Numbered from the whole stretch's first letter, positions 1 through 14,555 are shown. The stretch is DNA of 63,872 bases, filler included, from Bigelowiella natans CCMP2755 (GCA_000320545.1; 6 parts of 6 records of this genome joined end to end with filler, not necessarily neighbours in it), one strand, 5' to 3'. Numbers and translations are program-made. Notes: a model not told the origin generated them from the letters alone.

Positions 1-19
1 AGACGACGACGACGACGAC

Positions 20-72
<53 letters not shown>

Positions 73-177
73 GAGGAGGAGGAGGAGAGGGGGGGGAGAG
101 AGAGACCCATGAAAGCCTACAAGATCCAAGTGTAACAATTGTAGTCTTTTGCTAAATATTCTGTCGTTTCATTTTAG

Positions 178-3100
178 ATTCGAATCAGTGCTTTACTACA
201 ATGACGACGGCGGAGGCGATGAGAGCAGAAGCGGAATGATGCTGCAGTTGAGGGCAATCATTGTCGATGCCCTTGGAACTGAGAGCTATTACAAACTCGA
301 GGCCACGGTACACATATGATGCTGCTTGCGCGCTAATTCGAAACATCGCTACAACTGATTATAATAATCAAACGGTTCTTGGTACTAATTCTGCCTCATC
401 CCTTCAGGTGTATCCTGAAGTTCCAGATTTCAGTCTCTTGCAGACAAGCATAGACACCCAACTTGCTAATGGTGACACAGAGTCGATGATTCAGTATTTC
501 CGTGCTGCAGCCCTCTCCTCCTCCTCCAATGCCTCACTTTCAACGCCTGGTGTGTCGTCGTCTCCCGACCTCCAAGCTGAGGAGGCAGCTGGGATAAAGC
601 AGAATCTCACCCGGGTGATAGGACACGTGATGGATGGACGCCAAAATAGGTATTATTACTGCTTTGGCGGTCGGGGAGCAGGAGTGCTGGCCGATGAGGG
701 TGTATCATTCATGCATCATGAGTTATAAGCTCATCGTTCCTTTCGGATTTTAATGCTATTTATGTGTACTTGTCCATCGCATTACATCATCGCATTCGTT
801 GATTCCCGCATGATGATATTCTTACCTGCTCTGCCTACACTAGAAACTATGAGGACCGCGTAAATCTACCCATGGAGATGATGAGCCAAGTTACGGGATT
901 CGATAAAAAGGAGCATGCAAAATATCTGTCGCAGGACGTACAGAGCAGCGTTATGGATATGCTAGACACGCTCATTCAGGTACTAGCCTCTTGTAGTGGC
1001 CAAAATTAAGGGATCGGTGGTTGTAGTACTTTGGCGATTTTTGCTACTAGGTGAAAGAGTATTACTCATTTCCAGAATACAGAAATGGGCCAAATCAATG
1101 ACCCCATTGTATATGTACACAATTTGTATGGGATCAAATCGAGTGGGAAGTAGAGCAAAACACAGGCCGTTATCATGAATACAACTTCAAATCTTAGGAG
1201 GAGAATCTCGGCGAGCTGGCTATGGAACATGCTATTGGTGCGCTCTCAAATATTGCAGCGGCTGTAGCAGAAGAGGAGGAAAAGGATGAAGAACAGGGGA
1301 GCGAAGTAGGCAGTGATGGCGAATACGAAAACGCTGCTGGAAGCTACAATATCACCAAACGAGAACATAGGGTCGTGATACCGTTTTTCTGTTCTCCGTC
1401 CTCGCACATTCCCACACGCAGTTTATTTTTTGATAAAGACAAATTGGAATTAAGGTGATGCTGTTTATGGAACTAAGTCCTCATATAACAGGTGAATGCC
1501 TCCCGGACAGTAACTCGTCTGCTGTCGCTAGTTTCTGACCAGTTGGTAAGCACGCTGTCAGTGGATGAAGATGCTGCTGTGGTATCTTCTCCAAGAGCAG
1601 ATCTTCTTGGAAGATTGTGCTCGGTGGAATCAACCCCTGGTGCCGTCATATCTTCTCCTTCTTCCAGTGCTGTCACTGTCACTGTCAGTCCGTCGCTTCT
1701 GATCAATACGTCAGGTTATATTTGCGATTATGCTAAAAAATTGTGGGTAGGCAGAATGATTTGTCGTTGTTGATGGATGGATGGATAGATGGACAATGAT
1801 GTTATAGCAATATAAGATGGATTGTCGCTTGACTCTCTCTCCACAAATGACCGATCAACTTCCACAGGCACAAGTGAAGGCGATGTTGGCAGCTCTGAAG
1901 CTGTAGCGGTAAAGGTGAGCTACCTCAAGTCTCAGCCATTCCCCCCCCCTGGGAGCAACAAGACTGGCCCCGTTGGCGAAGAAGTACCAGGGTCACCACT
2001 CAACTCGCTTCTGGTGGTTGAGATGTCGCTTGGTAACCGCACCATTAAAGTCAATAACGAGTCAGAGCCGTTTGTGCTCTCGATTCCATACCCATCAGCA
2101 GACGAAAACAGCAATAGTCCTCTGGTGACGCACATCTGCGAATATTGGGATGAGGAATCGCAAAGCTGGTCGACTGCAGGCATGAAGCCGAGAGCGAACA
2201 ACGGCAGCACAGCTCAAAGTGCTAATGCCAGTGAAACATTGACGTGCCTAACCACTCACCTAACAGCCTTCGCAGTGCGGATAAATACTTTTAGTGCTGC
2301 CGACGCCAAGGCGGAGACGTTCTCATACACAAACACGGTGACTCTCTTCATGTATGGGCTGCTCTTCGTATTCATCGTTGCCTCGTATCTGGCCAATCGG
2401 TATGATCGCAAGATTGCGCATAAGGAAGGACTGACCGCATCTCGTCAATTTTGGCGGCGGAACAACAAAATCATCCAAGAACGCCTGGTAGACCCTCGTT
2501 CTTTGCCACGACTTCAGTCATCGATACAATGGAGCGTCCGAAGGAAGCATCCCTGGGCATCGATTATACTAAGGCACAGAGGCGATCACATAACGTCTAC
2601 AAAGCGGGTTGTGGTTCTCTGCGTCTTGCTGTTCAATTCTATGGCGGTGTGTGCCCTCCTTTGCGGTCAGGAGCAAGATATCTTTTTCCTTTCAAGTTCC
2701 TCATCGGTTGCCATTGTCACGACACTCATGTCCTTCCCCATTCCGTATCTAACGTATTTGATCATAAGTCGCTCGCCGCCAATACAGTACAAGGTAGCAT
2801 ACGATGTACAAAATCGAGCGGAACTAATGCAGTGGATGATCTGGCTTCTAGCCCTCTTCATGAATGAGTTTGTCAATCTAAGCTTCGATGCTGGTGATGA
2901 TGAGGATGACGCTGCCGAAGATGACGGAAATGATGGCAATGATGCGAATGACGGGTGGGTGGGCACAATTAAGGAGATCTCTAACCATTTTTCTAAATTG
3001 CCTTTTTTGGGTCCCTTTTAATGTTTGTTTGTCCATATTGCGTTCGTACATAGGCAAGAGGAAGAACAAGAAAATGAAGATCATGGCGATGATTCAGAGG

Positions 3101-5252
3101 ATGACTCGAATAATGATGAAGAGGAAGAGAAAATTAACGGGAACACAGCAATGGTAGCTGCTGCAGTGGGAGCTCGAGGGGCAGCTGGCATCTCAACAAC
3201 CGAAGGGCAGCGACGACGACGACGACGACGGCAAATGCTTGAACTGCATAGATCTCGGTCGTGCGACTTTGTATCGTCGAAGCATAAATCCTACGCTCAT
3301 CTGCAAAGCTTACACGATCTGCGTGAATTGGAGGCTGACAGTCGGCTGCAAAAGAAGCGCGGTTGCTGCTCGGCGTCCATGTGTAATTGCAAGGCAGTAG
3401 ATCCTTGTGAGGAGGACACTCACACATGGTATCGACACGATTATATTGCTCTGACGTTCGCGACGATGGTCATCTTGGGCTGCTTCTTCATCATCGCAAT
3501 GCTCTCATACAGCTTACGAGATCAATACGGCAGGTGGACAGAAGCTACAGCTCAAAGTGAGTGCTACTGACGGAATGCATTCACAACAATATAAAAAAAA
3601 GAGAATTCCTAAGTTGTAGCCTTACTTTTAGTAGGAAAGGCCTCTTTGAGATACGCAAGTTTTAAAAACTGCTTAACGAGCTGACTGACAAACATTTTTG
3701 TGACTTTCTGCATTTAGGCTTCGCGTACGACTTCGTGTCCCGCTTTGCCTCCATCCTCTTATTCGAGATGCTGCTTATGGCCCCGTTTTGCACATTGTGT
3801 CTGCACTTGCGCGGAACAAACACTGGCAACGGTGACAAAATGGACTCAGGAGAACAGCAAGGCCAGCAAGCCTCCACGCCAGTTGTGTCGGTTTTGCGTT
3901 TCTCATGCGGCAATAACGTCGGTATATCTTACTATAAACGCAGAGTTGTCCACATAGAAAAGGGTTCCCAAGCAGCGAGTCTTGGGGTCAGGCGCGGTTG
4001 GAAGATTGCCTCAGTCAATGGAGAAACAGTGCGAAATGACACTCAATGCAACAAACAAATTTTTACGATTCAAAGGACATCAGAATGGCTGCTCATTGGA
4101 TTTACCACGTCGCCTCCATCCTCAGCATCGAGAGGGGAAACTAGTTTTGAAAAGAATTCGACGGTACTCAGTCAAAATGATTCAATGTCACTCTCTGGAG
4201 CTTCAAAGCGGACAAATGCAGCGTCGTCTTCCCAAAATATAATGGACTCTCTCCATCCCTCTGCTCGGTCAGAAGCGATCGGACTCAGAGTAATCGACGA
4301 CGAAGGCAAGCAGATCCTTTCTGGGAACTCGGAATCAACGACTTTCAGTCAAATGGAGCGAGATGATATGCAAAGTGACGGCGACGATGATGACTCTAGC
4401 ACATTCTCGCAGATGGAGAGAGATGATATTGCTGCTATTGTTGCTGCTTCCAAAGACAGCAAAAGAGACAGAAAGGACGATAACGATGACGACGACGATG
4501 CCTCTAGCACATTCTCGCAGATGGAGAGAGATGATATTGCTGCTATTGTTGCTGCTTCCAAAGACAGCAAAAGAGACAGAAACAACAATGACGATGACGA
4601 CGACGATGCCTCTAGCACATTCTCGCAGATGGAGAGAGATGATGTTGACACTGCTGTCGCTTCTTCGGATATCCTCCTCTCCCAATGTCAAATTGAGTTA
4701 TCTGTGGGTGCGAAGAGCACAAGGAAGGAGAAGGATACTGTACTTCCCAATTCAGTTCCTGAGGGAGGGACAAATACGATAGCGACCTGCGACAATTCTC
4801 GTCCCCATCAGGGTTTACCGACGAAATCTCCTAAGAAAAAAGAACTTCCATCTGAGTTGAAAAAGTCGCCCTACAATCTGAATCATCGCCCGGGTAAATC
4901 ACGTCGCAAGTCAATCTTGGGCAGGCCAACACGGAAGAGCCAATTCAAACCTGTATCCGTAACTTCGACGAAACGCAAGCAGCTGCAGAGCTACTCGAGG
5001 AGACAGAAGAGCAACAAACCACTTACGTCCAACAAGAAAATGCCAAGCGTCTTCCAGAGACTCTCCATGCAGGTGATGAAAAACAAGAGTAAAGATGATA
5101 AATCCGTGGGCACTCAAGCTGTAGTATCCGAAACTCGCAAGCGCAAAGGAAGTGGGAAAAATAGAGGCGTCAAAATGAGCTCCAAGCCCGCTTCCAAAGA
5201 TCGACGCAAAAGTAGGGGAAGATCGTCAAATAGAAAGCTTTATAAAATATAA
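178..5252 (+). CDS. Polycystin-1-like membrane protein (end of REJ-like region, GAIN/GPS, several TM helices, PDZ-like domain, low-complexity tail); multi-exon, 5' end outside window
   Basis: GPS motif CEYWDEESQSWSTAGM...LTCLTTHLTAF (2137-2271) followed by a TM helix. PKD1-family-like HPWASIILRHRGDHITSTKRVVVLCVLLFNSMAVCALL. First exon IIVDALGTE resembles the end of REJ. PDZ-like VGISYYKRRVVHIEKGSQAASLGVRRGWKIASVNG near 3890-4100. GT-AG introns link the ORFs. Confidence 0.75.
4335..4645 (+). repeat. Coding tandem repeat, 108-bp (36-aa) unit, about 2.3 copies plus a diverged partial copy
   Basis: TCTAGCACATTCTCGCAGATGGAGAGAGATGAT starts at 4395, 4503 and 4611. A diverged STTFSQMERDD copy lies near 4335. 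Confidence 0.95.
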
Positions 5253-6424
5253 AAATTGAGATATGAGATTCAAATTTTGGCATTTTGCGGTCTCAGTTAG
5301 CTATGAGACTGTGACATGCTAGCAGGCCTAGAGGGGACAATGCATGCATTGTACCTTGTAAGCAAAATGTACATAATAAACGTGAAGAACACTTTGTCAC
5401 TGCCTGCATGCATCATCTATATGTCATGTGATGAACAATGAATGATGAATGATCATGAGCAAAGCATTGATCAAATCTACATGCGCCAGAACCACATGGG
5501 AGACAGGCATACACGTGTAGCAGAGCCTCAACAATGATCATTGCAAGGACTTGTCAGCACCCTGTTGGTGGTGAGCAACACAACTAGCTTACATCATGCA
5601 CTGATGTGGACAGTAGCGAGCCGCGAGAGAACGAAAATGATGCTGCGAGGTGGTTGGTGGTCAAACTGCCGTGCTTGACTGAACGGTGCATGTTTGCTGG
5701 GCGCGCGTTGGGCAATGGAGTTTTCCCCACAACTGTTCAAGACACAGCATCATTGTGATTTGCAACTGCTTGCGCACGTGCCGATCGTCACGATGCACAC
5801 TTCTTGCACTTGGCATTTTGTTTGACAGAAAATCATTTGTCCTGGCAGCATGAGTGCTGCTGTTGCAACCACCACAGGGCAGCCAGGTGCTGCATGATCT
5901 TGCATTTCAAGAAGAGACATTGTTTGTCAAATTTGTAGATGCACCATTGCTTCTGTGCAGAGCGCATGCGCATGCGCATCTGACCATGATCAAATTGCAA
6001 AACAAAGCTCGAAAATTGCACAATGCATGCATGTATGACCGAACAATTTTTTGGAGCGGCTGCGTGCGCGTCACGATGCTAGCGATGGCTATGATAAAAT
6101 AAATCATAAAATAGGCTCGGCAATTTACATGGATGAATGAATTTTTTGAAATGAAGGAAAATGTACAGTCAGTACATGTCCTAATCATGAATACGTTGCT
6201 AAATCTAGCTATGAAGGGTGATAACCAACGATTATAATACATGTTGGCAGGTGTGTATATTTTGTGAATAATTATACATACAAGATGTTGGTGTTAATTG
6301 AATCATCATACTGTAAAGATAAAAATGTCTATATATTTAAACACGTTTTTCTCTAATGACTAATTACTCTGTTATAGATGCGAATTTTATTGTACAACAT
6401 GGAAATAAAACAAGGGGAAAATCG

Positions 6425-6718
6425 CTACAATGTTTGATTAGTACTGCTGGTCTCTTCTTCCATCGTTCCGTCGACGACCGTTAAAGTCTTTATGCCGCAG
6501 GATTGCATAGCTGTCCTGTAATATTGTTATGAAACATCAGACAACTGCCTCACGTGTACGAGTCAAATTATCTAACGGCGTGTAGAAAACTGTGCAAAGG
6601 ACCGTTGTCATCGTTGTTCTCATTCGTTCTTATCTCTAATTTTTCTCACTATGATGATGATGATACAGGTTTATCTAGAAGAAGGTATGCAGGAGGAGGA
6701 CTTACTGCACTACTTACA

Positions 6719-6778
<60 letters not shown>

Positions 6779-7012
6779 AAGAGACTATATGTTGGTACGG
6801 ATAGGGCTGCCTCTGACAAAAATAAACCTCACGTTATTATCATGATATTCCCCCTCGTCGTCGATGGAATCCTTCTGAGCGAAGTTGGTGGCCTTTCGAT
6901 CACTGTTCGCCCCTTCTTGTTCTTCTGGATCACTGTCATTCACAGCATCATCATCATCATAAATGCTATAGATAACTATCATTATGGATGGCGCATGGAT
7001 TGAGATTTTGGT

Positions 7013-7045
<33 letters not shown>

Positions 7046-7270
7046 GTCGTCATCATCATTACCTCTCCCATTTACTCACTGTGTTGCAATGATGACAATC
7101 AGGGGTAATAAGTACACTGTGCGTATATCACGTACTTGGAGTAGAGGAAGAAGTCTCTCTGTGGAAGAGTGGAATAAGGCTCGTCAACGTCGTGGTCTTC
7201 GTCGTCGTTGTTATCGCCCCCACCATCATATTCATTCTCATTCTCACCCTTAGCTGATATGGTGGTAGCG

Positions 7271-7311
<41 letters not shown>

Positions 7312-9027
7312 AGTAGATGGCCATTTGGATTGTGAAAGAGATGAAGGTGAAGGTGATGATGATGACGATGGAAGAGAGGCTCGGCTGTATGGCCCATGCT
7401 GCTGATGCTGCAGCAAAGATGACGACGATGACCGTGCACCTACTCCTCCTTCTCCTCCTCCTCCTTCTCTTCCTCCTCCTCCTGCTGCTGCTGCTGCTGA
7501 CGATGATGACCGAGAGGATGATGAGGGATCGAGGTTAAAGAATGCAGATTGTTGGGGGGAATGATAGTTATGGTGATGGTTTTGAGGTCTAGTAAATTGT
7601 GGGGTAGTAGCAGTAGTAATAGAAGTAGTAGTGGTAGTAGTAGGATGTTTCTCTCTATATCGATTACGACTCGTATGATGCTGCTGCTGCTGCAGCTGAT
7701 GATGATGATGATGATGATGATGATTAGGTGAAGAATGGTGCTGCTGCCCTGGCTCTTCATCAGCAGTGAAATGACGGCGCAAGGGAAGATGATAATTACT
7801 TGCAGCAGAAGTCCCACCATCTTCGGTATCATTAGTTCTCATCATCGTCGTCGTAATCGGCATGAATGACGAAGGGGATGAGGAGGAGGAAACGTGTGGT
7901 GGCGCTAGTGCTGCTGCTAGTGAAATAGTCGATGGTTGTGTTGTACTGTTTGATGATGTGGCCTTTCTCTCTTTTCCCCGTGGTCGTCTCCCCGCTGCTT
8001 CTCTGTAAGCTGCTGATGGGATGGGTACGTAAGGGCAGTCGCCAAACTTGGTGTCCTTTGATGTAGGGGAAGGGGGGTGAGGACGGAGGGAGGGAGGGAG
8101 AGAGAGAGAACAATAACGAGAATGAGAGTTGCTGCTATTCCTCTACTGCACTTTAGTGGGCAGTAATGCGTTGTGTATTTGTTTGGTTTCAAAGCACAGC
8201 ACGAGTTGTCAAACGCCTAATACTTTATTTATTAGTCACCCCTATTGTTTCTTCCGTTTTCTTCTTCTGGTGCGATTGGAACAGATGATGGCTTGCATCT
8301 GCTGTTGTGCCCGTTGTTAGCGTTGATGCTGACGCTGTTGCTGATGACGACGATGGTGATGACGACATCGAATCGGTTGGCATTGCTGTACTAGGAGGCT
8401 TCGATGAGCTGGAACCATAGCTCTTGCGTGTGCTGCTGTTGTGACGACGCTGGGAATGAGAATATTCGTTGTTGCCCCCGCTCTTCTTCTTCTTCTTCTT
8501 CTTCTTGTTGTTGTTGTCGTTGTCGCTGCTACCAGTTTCTGGTAGAGAGACGGCCTTCTCTAGGATCCCAGAGGAAGGAACATCGTTGAGAAACTCATCT
8601 TTCGCGTCCATCCCGCCGCCGCTCCCCTTGCCCCTGATGCAATCTACGGGCTGACTCTTCGTGGTAGTGGGTGGAGGGGGGGACTCGAGCGAGCGAGAGC
8701 TGCCTCTTTTTTTTTTCCAAAGGAGCTGAATCTGATCGCACATCAGCAATAGTGATGGAAACAACCGACGAATCTTGCCATAAAAACAAGAGCTCCTTCG
8801 TTTAAAACATCAATCAAATACACCGATTGATATGATAGCAGGGCAGGGTGGTGGACAAAAGAAGAAGTGGGATAAGAAGGAGGAGAGGAGGGGGAGATAG
8901 AATGGAAAGAGGAGTGCTATAGAAGGGGTATCTATCTATCAATGCTGACTTACAATAAGCTTCTTTCGCCAGAAGGATGAGTTGAGGAAATCAGCGATTT
9001 GCTGTGACATTCCACGAATTCCTGCAC

Positions 9028-9068
<41 letters not shown>

Positions 9069-10164
9069 CACACGCACACACACAAACGTTGGCGTTGTTT
9101 GAACGAATGACCTCCCAGCTTCAGTTTGTCGTCATAGTTATTGCTTTTGTTGTTTTCATGCATGGTTTTGGTAAGAGGAGAGGCGGATAGGATGTCGGTG
9201 CACGATAATCCATAGAGGGGGGGAATGGTAGAACGCATGCAGTTTGTGCATATATGCACGTGTTGCGTATTTGCTAGCCCTCATCTAACATCAGCATCAT
9301 ATTCATCATCATCATCATTATCATCACTACCTGTGATCTCGAGCACCCTCATAAAGCGCCATTGTACATCTTTGAATTCAATCATGTCATTCCCACAGAG
9401 ACCCTGGGAGAACAAGAAGAGTAAGAAGAAGAAGAAGAAAGAATGATCATGGAAAGAGATGAAGTAAAGGAGAGGGAGAGTAGCATAAGGAGAGAAGGGT
9501 GAGGAAGACCATGCTTCTCCTTCGTCTTGAGCACACACACACACACACACACACACACGCAGCCAAAAGCAGCAGCCAAATACTATGTAGCAATAGGTAG
9601 GTGACCTGACACCCTGATAAATTGAGTTCTCGGAGGTTCTCTAACGATCCCAGTATTTTTATGCTTTCCTGATAGTGCACCATCCATAGTCACAGACGAC
9701 GACGACAACGATTCTTTTTAAACTGCTCATCATATTGTGCCTCCTATTGGCTCTCCCAGTCTTTATTCGTGTCTTCTTCTTCTTCTTCTTCTTCTTCCAT
9801 CACATGATGATGGGGTTGCTTACGTACCTTGTTCAGGTAGTGGCATCCTGCGAGCGATAGGGATTGTAGATAATCTATTGATGTCATATCACAATGTTAG
9901 GCGTTCAGGTGGGGGAAGGACATTGTGTGTATGCGTAGATATGATAAAAGGTTGGCACACTCATCATTCCCCCCCCCTCCTCTCCTCTTCCTCTTTGGCT
10001 GCTGCTACTGGTATTGCCACCAATACTACTATTACTACTACTATTACTACTACTACTACTACTACTACTATTACCTCCAGAAAGGTCTTTTAGCATCGAC
10101 AGGGCATGAACTGATATCGGGCATTTATTGGCGGATAATCTGTGGTTGATGTGATGGATGTCAC

Positions 10165-10208
<44 letters not shown>

Positions 10209-11363
10209 GTATATATATTCTCTCTCCCTCTCTCCCTCTCCCTCTCTCCCTCTCTTTCTCTGTCTGTCTGCTCGTGAGCGGTGTGACGATCGTCTGTTCC
10301 TTGTTCCATAAGCACACCTTCGTAGGCGTAAGGATTCGTGCTCGGAGAGTGCCCGTCCAGATATACGGGTACAGTCAATCTGCCATGGTGCATAAAAGAT
10401 GTAACGTGATTTATGTGATGGATGGAGATAACACATGTGATATATGCGATGAATGGAGATAAAAAGCGCGCGCGTGTTTCTGATCGGAAAGCTATTTGTC
10501 CCGTCTTTATCGTCAACTCCTCTTTATTCCCTCCCCCCGCCCTCACTATAATCCTCTATTCTACCTCGAGAACTTCCAAATCATTCATACGAGATAACAG
10601 CGGCATAAGGCATCGATTTGCCTGCAATGTAGGAACGAACAACCACCAAGAGGACGATCGAAAGAAAGAGGAGGAGGGGGGGGGGGGGAAGGAGCGGACC
10701 AATAAGCTATAAACTGCAACGGCAATTGAAAAAGATACGTCGCATAATGTCACATATATTCGCTTGGGACAATAACAACAACAACAACAACAACACTCTT
10801 CTTTCTTCCAGCACCCCACCCTTTGCTTGATGGATATGTTCCTGAGATGGCTAAGCTTTAGAGTGCGTAAGGCTTGACAAAAGCGAAGAGCATTAAGTCC
10901 TAACAATCAAAACCGTGAAGTCGTCGTCGCCATCATCGTTATAGCAGTGATGATAATAGCAAAACATTGCAAAGCGTGAAAGAATGAAATCTACTCACGT
11001 CTTTGGATGCACGCAAGCATGGAAAATCATCGGTATGATATCGATGGTACTATTACTGCTGCTGCTCTTGCTGCTGTTACTACTACCAGCTTCGGTGATA
11101 TATGTGTACGATAGATCCAAAGACTGTACCCCTGCGATCAAAGAATAGAATCAGATACGATGATGGGGAGGAGAAGATAAGTGTGATGATGATAAAAAGG
11201 GTTGATGAAAGAGAGGATGTTGTGTGTATAGTGGCAGGGAGTATTCAAGCGGCTTATATCAGGAATGAGTACATAATATTACGAGTTCCAATAGCCTCTA
11301 GCAGCCTTTCTATGATTTCGTCGTTAATGAGGCACCCTCTTAAATCAACCGCCAGAAACTATA

Positions 11364-11397
<34 letters not shown>

Positions 11398-12654
11398 CCG
11401 CGAAGAAGACAATATGGTGATTGTGATAGTATTGGGGTCGGTCTGATCTGCTGGCAAGCAGAACGAATAAAGGTGCAACAGTAATCGTCATCCTTCTACA
11501 AAACAAACACGATTCCCTACTACCCCCCCCCCCCCCCCCCTTTTTCTGCTTCTTTTCCCTTTGGTATCATCGCTATTTGCTGCTGCCGCTGCAGGGTGGG
11601 GGTGGTAGTATTACTCAATTGCTGGTTATTCTTATGAATGCACCACTACCATCGTACCTGTTTACGATGCTTGGAGGCAGCACACGGCATGACGGTGACT
11701 GCCTGATCAGTAATATCTTGCTGGGCCAAGTCGATCACACGCACCTCCTGCTGCCCCATCCTCTTGGATGAACGAGGGTAATCCTCTGGCGGCAGAGCAC
11801 GATTTGGAGAGGCGGTGGGGAGGGGAGGGGGAGGGGGGGGCAGAACATAGTAGGGATTCGAAAAGATTAGAAAAATAGAAAAGGAATAATGTAGTTGTGC
11901 AATAAATATATACCTTCAATCGGAGTAAGCTTCAGGGTATTCCAAAAGCTTTTCGCAGTAGTAGCTTCTTTATCATAGTGGTCACCACCACCACCACCAC
12001 CCTCGTTAAAAAGTCGTGCATCAGTATCTTCATTGGTCTCTCCCCCACCATCACCATCGGAGTTGTTGCGAATGAAGTCGAGGGCTGAGACTAGATTATT
12101 GATGAATAGCGCATCTCCCTGAGAACCCACCCCAACATCACCGCCGACGCTGCTGCTGCTGCTGCTGCTATGCGTGGAAGTGGAGTGCTGGCCGTCTTTT
12201 GTAGTCGTCCCGTTGTTATTCGTGTCTTCCAAACCTTCGTTTCTACCCCCCTCCTCCTTTTCCTCCTCCGCCTCCCTTTGCATCATTTCCAACCATTCAG
12301 TTGATGACTGAAGCAATGGGCTCTTTTCCTGCTGTTTCAACTGAGTCTTCCTCTCCTTCTCATTCTTCTTCTTTTCTATAGTCTTTCTCTCGAGCCCTTC
12401 CTCTTTGCTGTCTCGATCCCCGCCCCTGCTGCTGTTGCTGCCCTCACATACGAATTTGCCTTTGAAGCCTCCAGATATCAGCGCACGCAGCAAGGCTAAG
12501 TGCAAATTCTGACAAGATGTTGTAGGAGGAGGAGATATAGCAGGTAGCAGTAGAGAGGCGAGAATGGAAAGGGTTTCTCAGCATCACTCACACCGAGGTG
12601 ATGAGAATAATGGTGGTAATGGCGTCATAGTACTGAAGTAATGATGGTGATAAC

Positions 12655-12691
<37 letters not shown>

Positions 12692-14513
12692 AATATGTGT
12701 CAGCGGGCCGTGTGAGGCCTGTTGTATTTTCTCCCCCCCCTCCCTTGTCATTGAATATCCAAATTTACCTGACGCGAGCATGATGAGCCCTCTTGAGAGT
12801 AAGTTACAAACCGACCCGTTTTGGTAACATCTAGCAGCTGGAGTCGTGCTATAACACCAATTGTATGAGAAGGAGAAGGAGGAGGAGGAGAAAGATGAAG
12901 AGCAAATCATTAGATCATCAAAGAGAGAAAGATGGGTGGTAGAGGGGAGGGGGTAGGAGCGAAGGACAAGTATACCAATTTGTTTGCGGGGCAGATCTCC
13001 TAGGTGAATCAGCGCGTGCGATGTGATCTGGGGGCAGCGAGAAATGTCAAGGCATTCCAAGGACTTGCACAGCTCCACAATCTAAAACAGGGATAGGTAG
13101 TAGTTGAAGTAGTAGTAGGAGGAAGAGGCGGGGGAGGAGAGTAGCAAAATGGATCGGAATGGTGATGATATTAACAAAGCAACGACTTGTAATATAGTCT
13201 TGCTATCGGTGGTAATGGTGGAAAGTCGTCGATTATAATGATGATGGCTGTGATAATGATGATAGTGGGCTGCTGGGAAAATTAGAATACAATCGCCAAT
13301 AGTTTCCTCCTCCTCGTCTTTCTCTTCCCCCTCATAATTTTAAGCAATAACTCTTAATGTGGTTTCCCAGCAATACCGAGTGAAGTGCCCTGTCATCCAG
13401 GCCCATGCACGAAGCAAGTCTTGACAAAGAATGAGGGAAGAGGAGGGGGGGACAGAAGCATTAAAGACCAAATCATCGTTGATGTGCGAAGCTAGATTCA
13501 CCAGACAAGCAAATGACATTTCGAGAAAAATTATAAATATTCTTTCGCTTTACATTCGATATAACACGCAGCACCCAGCTGGCTTGCCCCCCCCCCCCCC
13601 CCCCCCATAATGCAAAGAAGTGCGCGTGGGTGTTGATGATAGGTAGTGATTGTGTTATTATTGTTGTTGTTGTTATTGTTGTTGATGATGATGATGATGG
13701 TAATGATGAAGAAGATACCTGAGCGACTTCAACGTTGCTCCGGTCGCCGCAGTGAGGGCTGTGACTCCGTAGCCCTTTGACAGATGAGAAAAGCACCAGG
13801 AAGAAGACGACAAGGTGAGACAAAGTAAGTTTAGTGCATATCCCATCACACACACAAACACACACACACACAAACATGCAGCAGCGATTTAAAAAAACGG
13901 GAACAGTGAAATATCGATTGTGGTGACGATGATGACAAAAAACAGAGAATTTCCCCGCTTCATCATCAATACTCCTCATCAAGCAGTATCAAAATTCTCT
14001 TCCATCATCTGGAGGACTATTCGAGAAACATTAGTAAACAAAAGCCAACCGATATGGGCGTTCTTGACATATTGATCTCTGTCACACGGGGTAGCCAGTC
14101 CAAAATCACATAGAATCGACGGAAATCTGATGTTCCTGTCGTCCCGGCGTTTAAGAAGGGGGGGGGTGGGGAAAGCGGGGGCAAAATTGTAAGTTGTGCG
14201 AGAATTTTCCAAAGATGAAAGAGGTAAGAATCTATTCTGTATATACGAAAAGCCCAAAAAATAACGAATCTATCCTTCTATAGATAATAAATGTAATAAT
14301 CGAGAAACTCTTATCTTCGTGCTTCCCCCCCCCTTCCTCCTCGTTATTGCCATGCTGCTTTACTGCTATATGGGTGAACGGTACCCGACACAACTGTGGT
14401 TTTGATGTAGTAATAGAGCTTTCCGTCTTGTTCCACCCGTAGAGGAGGATCATCGTCCCTGATTAGTTGCAATTCGTTTACGTAATATGCTCTAACTAAA
14501 AAAATATTACATA

Positions 14514-14555
<42 letters not shown>

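Noticed and set aside
4395-4645. CRISPR-like periodicity
   Set aside because: Units repeat in full without unique spacers and lie in-frame in a eukaryotic exon.
5300-6100. CpG methylation decay or classical RIP as the cause of CATG/TGCA-rich spacers
   Set aside because: CpG is still frequent and TpA is the missing dinucleotide. RIP would increase TpA.
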